Source of the DNA: an uncultured bacterium
GTDB taxonomy: Bacteria; Fidelibacterota; Marinisomatia; Marinisomatales; UBA1611
Assembly: GCA_943788175.1 (NCBI GenBank)
Contig: CALSPG010000007.1
Span: 256,001 to 320,000, forward strand
Direction: 5' to 3'
Length of the DNA stretch: 64,000 nt
How positions within the stretch are numbered: the first letter of the stretch is position 1; every line of letters starts with the position of its first letter. Positions 10,417 to 20,171 of the stretch are shown here, in pieces. Position numbers and translations under genes: made by a program. The notes under the pieces were generated by a model, which worked only from the letters and a program-made list of their open reading frames with translations, was not told the origin of the DNA and did not search any database.

Positions 10417-11272
10417 CTAGCTACTCCTTCTAAGAGACAGCATAATAGATGCTCCAATATTTCCAAAACCAGTTAAAGACTCGTTTGGATCAGGAATCAT
10501 ATAACCATTTCCAAATAAGCGAAGACCTAAGGGAGAGTCTTCAAACCAATAGTCTAATGATCCACCTACGACTATACCTAATCCACCAGAATAGTCCTCA
10601 TCCCAACCTAAGGAATATGTTATCCCACTCTCAATAGTTGGATGGACATTATCGCCAAAAAAATTAAGTATTGGTTGAAGATCAGCCTTTAAAACAGAAG
10701 CAATTGTAATTGATTTAATTTTTTTAGATTCTTTCGATTGTGCCAAATTCTTTATCAAAACCGAAAGTAATTAAACGTCCCCCAATTGACATATTTACAG
10801 GTCCAAGAGGGAAGTAGGGTAGTGAAAAATTAAGGCCTAATGTGGGTATTGCTGTCGGGTTTTCACCTTCTTCATTTTGAAGGCTTGGTCTAAAATAGAC
10901 AGGACTTCCATAAAATCCAGATATTGAAAAGTAGTCTAAATTCCCTAAACTTACATATTCATCATCATTACTATCTTCTGAAGTAATATTTTCACTGATA
11001 TTTCTCTGAATTACTGAAAATTTCCCATCAATATAAGTTTGTTTTGCTAGCCCATCTTCAACCAAAATAATACCATTTTCCAAGGAAAACTTGTCTATGT
11101 CAACAACAGGTATTTTTTCTGGCATAACAAGTCCTTCGGGAACGATAAAAACATGTCTTGTATCAGAAGAAGAGAGTTCTCCTTTTAATGTAGTACCATC
11201 ATAAAATGTTATAGTGGAATTCATGGAAAAAGCGTATCCAAGAATTATAAACACAAAATATAAATTTTTCAT
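10417..11272 (-). CDS. Hypothetical exported protein with C-terminal beta-barrel-like domain, split by a +1 frameshift near 10732-10734
   Basis: ORFs 10724-11272 and 10417-10758 join as GFDKEFGTIEESKKIKSITIAS if one base is removed. Signal peptide and GAGG RBS at the 5' end. Confidence 0.65.
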
Positions 11273-11297
11273 AGTTACCTCTTTAATTTTTTTAATG

Positions 11298-11371
<74 letters not shown>

Positions 11372-11471
11372 AGAAGTAAAGGCCAGAAATTATGTATTTG
11401 ATAGCAATTTCTGAACTAATATAATTGTTTAGTTAAAATTTAATGTAGTACTAATTTACATCTTATAATCC

Positions 11472-12224
11472 ATGTCAAAAAAAAATAATAAGATCAAAAA
11501 CATTTTTCAGGTTTATGGGTACAATAATTGCTTTCCACTTCTAAATCAATCTAAATATGAAATAATAAATGCATACATACTTGAGGATAAAAAAAGTTTT
11601 TTTTCTAATAAAATTGATTTTCAAAAACATCGTAATTCAATAAGCTTTTTAAAGAAAAATGATTTCTATAAAAAATTTGATAATCTTAGATCTCAAGGGA
11701 TAGTTGTATCATTTAAAGGACCTGTAGGCAAGTACTTTAGTGATTTTGATAAAAAAAAATCTGATTCATGTCTATTGATTTTAGATAGAATAGAAGATCC
11801 ACAAAATGCAGGTCAAATTATTAGAACAGCAGAGTGCGCGGGCATAGATGGTATTATTTTTCCATCACACAATTCTTTTAGACTTTCAAATACGATTATT
11901 AATATTAGCCAAGGAGCTTTTGTAAGCATGCCTCTTTATGAGGTTACGAATATTTCTTCGGCAATTTTAGAACTCAAAAAAAATGATTTTTGGATTATTG
12001 GCATCGAAAATAGTATTGGTGCAAAATCATGGGATAAATTAGATTATTCTGGAAATACTGCTATTGTTGTTGGAAGTGAAGGTAAGGGTATTCGAGAAAA
12101 AGTTATTGAACATTGTGATTTTTTAGGAGAGATACCAATGCAAGGAAACTCAAACTCACTTAATGTTTCTGCAGCAGTCTCTGCAATTTTATTCGAAAGA
12201 CTAAGACAAATAAAATTTAAATAG
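11472..12224 (+). CDS. rlmB: TrmH/SpoU family rRNA methyltransferase, RlmB-like
   Basis: LDRIEDPQNAGQIIRTAECAG, VGSEGKGI, IPMQGNSNSLNVSAA. Confidence 0.85.
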   Translation: MSKKNNKIKNIFQVYGYNNCFPLLNQSKYEIINAYILEDKKSFFSNKIDFQKHRNSISFLKKNDFYKKFDNLRSQGIVVSFKGPVGKYFSDFDKKKSDSCLLILDRIEDPQNAGQIIRTAECAGIDGIIFPSHNSFRLSNTIINISQGAFVSMPLYEVTNISSAILELKKNDFWIIGIENSIGAKSWDKLDYSGNTAIVVGSEGKGIREKVIEHCDFLGEIPMQGNSNSLNVSAAVSAILFERLRQIKFK

Positions 12225-12232
12225 GGGGTATA

Positions 12233-13129
12233 ATGGCATCAACTCATGATTATATAAATGATAATCGTAACGAAGATATACATATATATATAAATGGTTC
12301 ATTTTTCCATAGGTCTGAAGCCAAAATATCAGTTTTCGATAGTGGCTTTCTTCTAGGAGATGGCGTCTGGGAAGGAATACGTCTACATAATAACAGATTG
12401 ATTCATTTTAATAATCATATCGATCGTTTATATGATGGAGCAAGTTCGATTGCAATGGAAATCCATTTGACTAAAAAAGAAATGAAAGCTGCTGTCCTAG
12501 AGACATTGAAAAAAAACAACATGATCTCTGATACCCATATTAGGCTGATTGTTTCTAGAGGATTAAAAAGTACTCCTTATCAACATCCAAAAGTAACTGT
12601 AAGTGATCCTACAATTGTTATTATTCCAGAATATAAAAAACCTAATGAAGAAACATTTGACAAAGGTATAAGGTTAGCATCAGTTAAAACACGAAGAGAC
12701 TTTACTGTTCAAGATCCTAAAATAAATTCGTTAAGTAAAATGAATTGTATTAGTGCTTGTATTGAAGCTGAATTTCTAGGTGTCGATGAAGGCCTTATGT
12801 ATGATCCTAATGGGTTTGTATCTACTTGTAATTCTACAAATTTTTTTATAATTACAAATAATGAAGTCTGGACATCATCAGGTGAATTTTGTTTAAATGG
12901 TGTAACAAGAGGATCAGTTATCAAATTATGTAAAGATAATAATATCATAGTACATGAAAAAAATTTTTCAATAGAGGAAGTTCTTAATGCAGATGAAGCT
13001 TTTGTCACGGGGACATTTGCAGGTATAATACCAGTAGTTGAAATTGATGGAGTCAGTTTTAAAAAAGGCGATTTTACTAGACGGTTATCAAACCTATATC
13101 GAACCGATATCGATGATGTTTTATTATAA
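12233..13129 (+). CDS. Aminotransferase class IV (IlvE/D-amino-acid transaminase-like) PLP enzyme
   Basis: AKISVFDSGFLLGDGVWEGIR, HIDRLY, LNGVTR, ADEAFVTGT. Confidence 0.88.
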   Translation: MASTHDYINDNRNEDIHIYINGSFFHRSEAKISVFDSGFLLGDGVWEGIRLHNNRLIHFNNHIDRLYDGASSIAMEIHLTKKEMKAAVLETLKKNNMISDTHIRLIVSRGLKSTPYQHPKVTVSDPTIVIIPEYKKPNEETFDKGIRLASVKTRRDFTVQDPKINSLSKMNCISACIEAEFLGVDEGLMYDPNGFVSTCNSTNFFIITNNEVWTSSGEFCLNGVTRGSVIKLCKDNNIIVHEKNFSIEEVLNADEAFVTGTFAGIIPVVEIDGVSFKKGDFTRRLSNLYRTDIDDVLL

Positions 13130-13857
13130 TGATAGATATAACTAGGATAGCAATGTGGTCTGGGCCAAGAAATATTTCTACTGCAATGATGAGGTCTTTT
13201 GAAAATCGCAAGGACACAGTTGTAATTGATGAGCCATTTTATGCTTATTATCTTAATAAAACAGGTTTTAATCATCCTTGTAAGAAAGAGGTGTTAAGGT
13301 CACAAAGCAAAAATTGGAATGAAGTTGTTGGTTTAATCACAAGTGATTTGCCAAAAAATAAATCAATTTGGTATCAAAAACATATGGTTCATCATATTCT
13401 TTCTTTTGACGACATAGGTTGGGTTAAAGGTTTTAAAAATTGTTTTTTAATACGGCACCCAAAAGAAGTCATCATTAGTTATGCAAAAAAAAACAATATT
13501 AACAGTGCTTATGATCTAGGCTATGAACAGCAAGTCAATCTTTTTAAAAAAATAAAGGAAATAACTGGATCTTCTCCGTCTGTATTTGATTCAAAAGATA
13601 TTCTATCTTCACCTAAAAGTATCCTGCAAAAATTGTGCATTGAACTTGATATTAAATTTTCAGTAAAAATGCTTAATTGGCCAAAAGGTAATAGGCCATC
13701 AGATGGCGTGTGGTCTTCACATTGGTATAAAAATGTAGTTAATTCAGATGGGTTTATGAGTTATAAGGAACCTCTTCAAGATCTTAAAAAAGAGCATATT
13801 GATATTTTCAAAGAGTGCATGTATCACTATAATTATCTTAATTCTTTTAAGATTTAA
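13129..13857 (+). CDS. Sulfotransferase-fold (P-loop) protein coupled to the class IV aminotransferase
   Basis: IAMWSGPRNISTAMMRSF, DEPFY, YQKHM, FLIRHP..VIISY, DGVWSSHWY; TAATG overlap with the upstream gene. Confidence 0.8.
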   Translation: MIDITRIAMWSGPRNISTAMMRSFENRKDTVVIDEPFYAYYLNKTGFNHPCKKEVLRSQSKNWNEVVGLITSDLPKNKSIWYQKHMVHHILSFDDIGWVKGFKNCFLIRHPKEVIISYAKKNNINSAYDLGYEQQVNLFKKIKEITGSSPSVFDSKDILSSPKSILQKLCIELDIKFSVKMLNWPKGNRPSDGVWSSHWYKNVVNSDGFMSYKEPLQDLKKEHIDIFKECMYHYNYLNSFKI

Positions 13858-13941
13858 GAAAGATTAAATGAACTCATTCAGTTTCTAATTTATTAATGCT
13901 AGATTATCTTATTAATTTTAATCGTATAACTAAATTTTCAA

Positions 13942-14493
13942 TTGTTTTTAGAGGACACTACAATTAAAAGAATACTATTTTTTAGCATTTTCTTAATATT
14001 TTCTATATCATGCTCTTCTATCTTCAATAGAAAAGTAGCAGAATATAAGCCTGTACAATATGCAAAAAATGATTATAGGGTTTTAAAGAAAGAGAATCGT
14101 TATACTGGTACTTTTATGATCCGACAGAAATCGAATGGTTTTTTTATACCAGATGAAAAAATATCGGTAGATATGGATATTATTATATCTTCACTTAAAG
14201 TTCCTTATTTGAGAGTCTCTTACTATGGAACAGAGCAGCTCTCAATCCCAGATGGACAAACGCTATCATTTTTTGTAGAGGGTGAAGAGATTAAATTAAG
14301 CTCAAAACGCCAATCTAATAGGCTTAAAAAAGGCAATGAAGCAGTAGAAGTTTTGTCTTATTTGGTGACCCGAGGGCAAATGAAAAAAATATCAGAAGGA
14401 AGTGAAGTTAAATGTGTTTTACATGATTACAGTTTCCCTGTACCAAATCAAATGAAACAAAATTGGAATACTTTTATTGGTGAATATTGGTAG
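13942..14493 (+). CDS. Hypothetical lipoprotein (start probably ATT 13963)
   Basis: KRILFFSIFLIFSISC lipoprotein signal; GAGGA at 13951. Confidence 0.6.
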   Translation: MFLEDTTIKRILFFSIFLIFSISCSSIFNRKVAEYKPVQYAKNDYRVLKKENRYTGTFMIRQKSNGFFIPDEKISVDMDIIISSLKVPYLRVSYYGTEQLSIPDGQTLSFFVEGEEIKLSSKRQSNRLKKGNEAVEVLSYLVTRGQMKKISEGSEVKCVLHDYSFPVPNQMKQNWNTFIGEYW

Positions 14494-14496
14494 TAT

Positions 14497-15669
14497 TTAC
14501 TCGTTTGATGGTTTCAGTCTAATTATTCTTCCTGGGTCTTCAACCGCTAAATAAATATACCCCTCCGGTCCGGTTTCAACGTCCCTTATCCTACTTCCAG
14601 CAGAGTATATCATCTCTTGATTTAGTACTTTGTTGTCAAGTATTTCGAGTCTGTATAGGTTCTCGAATTTTAGAGATGTAACTAATAAATTATTTTCCCA
14701 GTTCTTAAATATTTTACCATCATAAAAATCTATACCACAAACTGCAATAGAGGGTGTCCAATGAATTACTGGTTGCTCCATACCTTCTTTATGCGTGAAT
14801 TTTGTTATTCTTGTGCCAGTATAGTTTTTACCATATGTTATTTCTGGCCAACCATAATTATTACCTTTTTTTAGAATATTCAGCTCATCACCACCTTTGG
14901 GCCCATGCTCTGTTCCAAATAGATAAGAAGACTTTGAGTTAATAGCGAGGCCCTGTGGGTTTCTATTACCATATGTCCATATTGATTTAATAGCACCCAC
15001 TTGATTTACGAATGGATTATCTGATGGTATTGAACCGTCATCGTGAAGCCTATGAGTTTTGCCGTTCGGAAATGTTAATAACTGTGCCTGTTTTCTTTCT
15101 CCTCTATCTCCTATTGAAAAATATAAATATCCTTTATTATCAAAGACAATACGAGTACCATAATGAACGGTACTTTTAGTGTAAAAAATATTATCGGCTT
15201 TGTAGATACTTATAATATCTGTTATCTGGTTTTTATCGAGTCTTGCTCTAACAATAGATGTAAATGATTTATTTTTATCATCTTTCAAAAAATCAGAATA
15301 ACTGAGGTAAATGAACTTATTATCCTTATAATTTGGATGAATTTGGATATCTAGAAGGCCTCCTTGACCTTTATACCTAACTTTAGGGACTCCAGATACT
15401 TTGGCTTTATTTTTACCTTCTTTATCTACTAGCCACAAAGTACCATTTCTGTCACTAACTAATAATTTACCGTTTGGTAAAAAAGCCATTCCCCAAGGGA
15501 CATTAAATCCTCCTATAAAACTTTCAACAACAAAAACTTCTTTTTTTGTTGTTTCTAATGAGTTATCCCAATTTTGTGGTTCTTTAGCGGCAATTATTTC
15601 TGTTAAAAGAAATAAGATTAATATAAATAATATTTTCAGATTAGTTTTAGCTATCAACTTTAGATCCAC
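14497..15669 (-). CDS. PQQ-dependent sugar dehydrogenase (YliI/GSDH family)
   Basis: PWGMAFLPNG, GQGGLLDI, HYGTRIVF, YGNRNPQG, EHGPKGGDELN, RIRDV. Confidence 0.92.
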   Translation of the reverse strand: MDLKLIAKTNLKILFILILFLLTEIIAAKEPQNWDNSLETTKKEVFVVESFIGGFNVPWGMAFLPNGKLLVSDRNGTLWLVDKEGKNKAKVSGVPKVRYKGQGGLLDIQIHPNYKDNKFIYLSYSDFLKDDKNKSFTSIVRARLDKNQITDIISIYKADNIFYTKSTVHYGTRIVFDNKGYLYFSIGDRGERKQAQLLTFPNGKTHRLHDDGSIPSDNPFVNQVGAIKSIWTYGNRNPQGLAINSKSSYLFGTEHGPKGGDELNILKKGNNYGWPEITYGKNYTGTRITKFTHKEGMEQPVIHWTPSIAVCGIDFYDGKIFKNWENNLLVTSLKFENLYRLEILDNKVLNQEMIYSAGSRIRDVETGPEGYIYLAVEDPGRIIRLKPSNE

Positions 15670-16454
15670 ATTTATTACAGAAAAAAGAATCGCTATCTAA
15701 ATTATCTTTTTCACATACAGTACACGAAATTATAGCTACGTTGCTTTTTTTATGAGATGTTAATTCTGACGTGATTATGCCTGTTGGTACAGCAATAATA
15801 CTATAACCTAATAGCATAATCATTGATGCTATAGTTTGCCCTAATGGTGTTAATGGAGTGATATCTCCGTATCCTACTGTTGTAAGAGTTACAATTGCCC
15901 AGTAAATACTTTTTGGAATATTGGAATAACCAGCTTTTTCACCCTCAATTAAATACATTATTGACCCTAGAATGATAACAACATTCATAATAAAAAAAAG
16001 GAAAATAAAAATTTTCCTTTTACTGGCGACTAATGCTTTAACTAGAACATTCATTTCTCCTATATACTGAACTAACTTTAAAATTCTGAATATTCTTAGT
16101 ACTCTTAAAACTCTAATGACCGATAAAACTTGTGTCCCTGGTAATAGCAGGCTCAAGTAGGTAGGGACTAAGGAGAGTAAATCGATTATACCAAAGAAAC
16201 TAAAAGTATATCTCAGTGGCCGTTTTACACAAAACACTCTTAGAAGGTATTCAAATGTAAATAATATTGTAAATACCCATTCTGCAATAACAAGTATCGT
16301 ACCATGATTTTGGTTAAAATAACTTACGCTTTCTAACATTACTGTAAAAACACTTAAAACAATAGTAGCGACTAATATCTCATCAAATAATTTTCCAGCC
16401 TTTGTATTAGTACCAAAAATAATTATTTTTACTTTTTTCTTTTAATTTGTTCAT
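15647..16454 (-). CDS. Voltage-gated potassium channel family ion transporter, with a +1 frameshift near the 5' end (T6 at 16433-16438)
   Basis: S4 segment IRVLRVLRIFRILK, filter TTVGYGD, C-terminal CxxC...CxxC. ATG16454 MNKLKEK joins VKIIIFGTNTKAGKLFDE if one base is removed. Confidence 0.88.
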
Positions 16455-16647
16455 TATCAAATTTATTTAAGTCTTATCTCTGTCTAATTAATAAATAGTT
16501 CTATAGCAATACATAATCATGCTACAAAAAAAACTAATTAATATGACTAATTAGAATGTTACTCCTGTTACAGAATTTATGTAATTGATTATATTTATAC
16601 ATGAGTTATTCATTTTATTTTATCAAATTAGTAAAAAGGACATAGTA

Positions 16648-17124
16648 ATGGCTACCTTGATTTTAAGAAAAACATACAGCGCAATGATGGAAGAGATGGA
16701 CGCTTTAGATAAACGGAAAAGACAAACTTCAGAAAAAATTAGAGAAGCTGCTAGTCACGGAGATCTTAAAGAAAATGGTGAGTACCATGCTGCTAGAGAG
16801 GAACAAAGTTTAATTGTTTATAAAAAGCAATTAATGCAATCTCATTCTCCATTTCAAATTATTGAAAATATTGATGTTAATACTAAAGAGGTTGGGTTTG
16901 GGAATAAAGTTGTTATTCTTGAAGAAGGAAAAGATAAACCAGAAGATTATTATTTACTTGGTCCAATTGAATTAGATCTTGATTCTTATCCTCTGGTTGT
17001 GACATATCACTCACCTTTCGGACAAACAATAGTTGGGAAAAAAGTTAATGACACATTTAGCCTAGATATAAGAGGTCAAGAAATAAAATTTACAATTATA
17101 TCAATTGAAAAAATTGACTCTTGA
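16648..17124 (+). CDS. greA: Transcription elongation factor GreA/GreB family
   Basis: AASHGDLKENGEYHAAREEQ, VGFGNKV, SPFGQTIVGKKVND; AAGGA RBS before ATG16648. Confidence 0.85.
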   Translation: MATLILRKTYSAMMEEMDALDKRKRQTSEKIREAASHGDLKENGEYHAAREEQSLIVYKKQLMQSHSPFQIIENIDVNTKEVGFGNKVVILEEGKDKPEDYYLLGPIELDLDSYPLVVTYHSPFGQTIVGKKVNDTFSLDIRGQEIKFTIISIEKIDS

Positions 17125-17183
17125 CACAAGCGCAAGAGTAATTCTTAGATTTTTTGGTTAAGTTCTAAAATTAAAATAAAAAA

Positions 17184-17245
17184 GTAGAGGGGAGAGTCAA
17201 CTCTCCATTGTAATGAGTAGGTTCAATGAGCCATCTTCCCTCTGC
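17184..17245 (+). other. GC-rich structured intergenic element (candidate ncRNA or switch)
   Basis: GTAGAGGGGAGA pairs with TCTTCCCTCTGC (12 bp, two G-U). Alternative hairpins are GGAGAG-TCAA-CTCTCC and GGTTC-AAT-GAGCC. Surrounding DNA is very AT-rich. Confidence 0.35.
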
Positions 17246-17405
17246 AAATATTCTATGAATTAAAATAAGTATTAATATTAAAAAAATAATTATAATTAGT
17301 CATACTTAGTATTTTATCATTAATTAATTATTAAACAATGTTAATAGTTATTCATGTTAATATTATCTCCCGCAATCATTAATTATTTAAAAGAAAGAAA
17401 TTAAA

Positions 17406-18452
17406 ATGAAAATAAACACCTCTTGCCCTGTTCTTGTTACTGGTGCTACTGGATATATAGCTGGATGGGTTGTAAAAAATTTGCTAGATAAAGGTATTAC
17501 CGTACATGCTCCAATAAGAAATTTATCAAACAAGGGGAAAAGAGCTCATCTTGATGAGCTTGCAGAAAATTCTTCTGGTCAAATTAAATATTTTGAATCT
17601 GATTTATTGATTAAAAATTCTTACAAAGAAGCAATGGAAGGTTGTGAGCTGGTTATTCATACAGCATCTCCTTTTGTTATGGATTCCAAAGATCCACAAA
17701 AAGAGGTTATTGATCCTGCATTAATAGGGACTCAAAATGTTTTAAAAACTGTAAACGAAGTAGATTCAGTTAAACGTGTAGTGCTTACAAGCAGTGTGGC
17801 AGCAATTTATGGTAATGGTGTTGATGCTCAATCAGTTGATGGGGGTATATTTAATGAATCAATGTGGAATACTACCAGTACAGCAACAGATGGAGAATAT
17901 AGCTATTCAAAAACCATTGCTGAAAAAGAGGCATGGAGAATTAATAAAGAGCAAAAAAGGTGGGACCTCGTCGTTATAAATCCAAGCTTTGTTCTCGGCC
18001 CATCCTTGAATCCTGATGCAATGTTTGAAAGTAAAAAATTCATGCTCCAAATGGGCAATGGAGACCTTAAAAGTGGAGCTCCAGACGTTACAATGGGAAT
18101 GGTTGATGTTAGAGATGTAAGTAAGGCTCATGTAATAGCTGGATTTAATGAGGAAGCAAAAGGGAGGCACATATTATCAGGAGAGACCCATACTTTGTTA
18201 GAAGCTGGAGGCTTTATAAAAGAAAAATTTGGTGATAAATATCCTGTTCCTACAAGGAACGCTCCTAAATTTTTAATATGGATTTTAGCGCCTTTTCTTG
18301 GTATTAAAAGAAATTTCGTTAGTAAAAACATCGGATATAAAATTGATTTTGATAATAGTAAAAGTAAAAAAGAGTTAGGCATTAAGTATTCGCCAGTAAA
18401 AAAAGCAGTTGTTGATTTTTTTCAGCAATTTATTGACAAAGGTTTGGTTTAA
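17406..18452 (+). CDS. NAD-dependent epimerase/dehydratase family (aldehyde reductase/DFR-like SDR)
   Basis: VLVTGATGYIA, HTASPF, VVLTSSVAA, YSYSK (YxxxK), INPSFVLGP. Confidence 0.92.
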   Translation: MKINTSCPVLVTGATGYIAGWVVKNLLDKGITVHAPIRNLSNKGKRAHLDELAENSSGQIKYFESDLLIKNSYKEAMEGCELVIHTASPFVMDSKDPQKEVIDPALIGTQNVLKTVNEVDSVKRVVLTSSVAAIYGNGVDAQSVDGGIFNESMWNTTSTATDGEYSYSKTIAEKEAWRINKEQKRWDLVVINPSFVLGPSLNPDAMFESKKFMLQMGNGDLKSGAPDVTMGMVDVRDVSKAHVIAGFNEEAKGRHILSGETHTLLEAGGFIKEKFGDKYPVPTRNAPKFLIWILAPFLGIKRNFVSKNIGYKIDFDNSKSKKELGIKYSPVKKAVVDFFQQFIDKGLV

Positions 18453-18477
18453 AATCGAGTAAAAGGATTTGAAACAT

Positions 18478-18503
18478 AAAAGCCCCACAATGAAGTGAGG
18501 CTT
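18478..18503 (-). terminator. Intrinsic terminator between the convergent SDR and cytochrome genes
   Basis: Minus strand AAGCCTCAC-TTCATT-GTGGGGCTT followed by TTATGTTT. Confidence 0.6.
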
Positions 18504-18528
18504 AATGCTTTGAAAAGGGTATAGTTAT

Positions 18529-19397
18529 TTATTGAATCTCAAAATTTAATGTTTCACACCAATCTCTAATCGCTTGCCTATCGGCTTCAGAAATAGAACT
18601 ATGGTCAAAATCTGTTTTGTTTTGAAATGGAGGCGGCATTCTCAATTCATCCAAAGGATAGTTTTCGAAGTGTTTAGTACATTGAGGGCGATGGCATGAA
18701 GTACAAGAGTTTTGAATGTTAGTTGTAGTTCTGGGTTGTTGGAATTCAGCACCTATAATAGAATATGGTCCATTTCCTGTGATTGGAACTAATAACTTCG
18801 AGGGGTCGGCATTTTAATTTGGTCGATGGCTGGTGAATGTAAGAATGGACTTGCTTGATGACAATTCATACATTTATCTGCTGCAACTATGTGTGGAGGT
18901 TGCCATGCTTCATTATATCCAATCTCGGAAGGGCCTGGTGAATTATTAGGGTCACCGCTTTCTTCAATAGAAAAAAACAGGTTTCACCTGTAGAAAACTT
19001 ATGACCAATTACTCCTAACCCTCCGTCACGGCAAAAGGTTATAAATACCACATCAGAATTCTCAGAACCATCTTGGTTCTCCCCATGATAACGTCCTACT
19101 TTATTATTTGATTGGCAAGCCATTCCGAATGCCCATGGATGGTCACAGTCATTTATATTTGAACTTCCACTACCCTCCTCAGTTTCTGGATATGTTTGAT
19201 GAACACCATCCTTAGTACTTGGTACTTCTATTGCATCATCACAACTATATTTCGGAAGAGGTCCTAAAACTGATTCACATTCATACGCATATTCAAGTGC
19301 GGTTCTTTTTAGAAGTAGTTGAGTCATTATTTGATGATGCATTATCTTCACAACTCCAAACCCCAACCAATAAAATGATAAACAGATATTTTTTCAT
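18529..19397 (-). pseudogene. Di-heme c-type cytochrome lipoprotein (about 289 aa) interrupted by three homopolymer frameshifts; pseudogene or sequencing errors
   Basis: ATG19397 MKKYLFIILLVGVWSC lipobox. CMNCH (18858-18872) and CTSCH (18691-18705) lie in successive frames. Indels at 19306-19310, 18971-18977 and about 18812-18815 restore one 870-nt frame. Confidence 0.75.
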
Positions 19398-19484
19398 ACT
19401 AAAATGTAGTGCTGTTAGATAAAAATATTAATTTTTTATAGGAATCATCCTCTTTATTTTTATGCATATAATAAAGGAAGCAAA

Positions 19485-20099
19485 ATGAATATTAAACTAT
19501 ATAATAAACTTATGCTTCTTCCGCTGATTTTTTTTATCGGCTGTGAATCTGATGATGACGAAGGGGCAGATTCGATTATTGGTACTTGGAGTGGTCAATC
19601 TTGGGTTGAGTATGACACTACGTGTACGGGAGACATAAAAGATACTTCGGGCGATGTCATAACTATCACATTCACAGAAACTGATTTCAGTATTCAATCA
19701 ACGGAGTCTTTTGAAGGCTGGTGTGACGGTACTGTTACAGATGATGTATGCGATGAAGATGGAGATACCTACACTTTGAGTGATTTTGAAGAGGAATGTA
19801 CAGAAGACGGTGACGCTACTTACTCCAATGGTATTTGCTCCACTATTGATGCACAGGTAGGTACCTATATCCTATCTGATTCTTTGTATATAACTAATAC
19901 ATTAACCGAAGATGAAATTGATGAAAGCTCTTGCAACTCTCTTGCTGAGGCTGGCGCAACAACCAGTTTTGCTAATGGTGTTTGTACCATTAATTACACT
20001 TCAGCTGTCGATGTTACATTTGATGGTAATACTATCTCCTGGACTGATGTAAATATAGAAGATTCTTATTGTGATGTTACTACACTAACAAAACAGTAA
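19485..20099 (+). CDS. Acidic, Cys-rich lipoprotein (lipocalin-like start IIGTW)
   Basis: Lipobox FFIGC; very rich in D/E/T; repeated C...NGxC motifs; AAGGAAG RBS. Confidence 0.7.
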   Translation: MNIKLYNKLMLLPLIFFIGCESDDDEGADSIIGTWSGQSWVEYDTTCTGDIKDTSGDVITITFTETDFSIQSTESFEGWCDGTVTDDVCDEDGDTYTLSDFEEECTEDGDATYSNGICSTIDAQVGTYILSDSLYITNTLTEDEIDESSCNSLAEAGATTSFANGVCTINYTSAVDVTFDGNTISWTDVNIEDSYCDVTTLTKQ

Positions 20100-20120
20100 A
20101 TATTTTCTTATTTTAAAATA

Positions 20121-20150
20121 AAAAGCCCCATCATACTTGGTGGGGCTTTT
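20121..20150. terminator. Bidirectional intrinsic terminator
   Basis: AAAAGCCCCATCA-TACT-TGGTGGGGCTTTT with A and T tails, between convergent genes. Confidence 0.8.
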
Positions 20151-20171
20151 TATCTGCGTTTTTGTTAAAAT

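Noticed and set aside
12709-13275. Long antisense ORFs (this one, 1026-1394, 2828-3208, 3976-4383, 9324-9731, 55340-55741 and similar)
   Set aside because: They are shadows of well-supported genes on the opposite strand, with no motifs or RBS.
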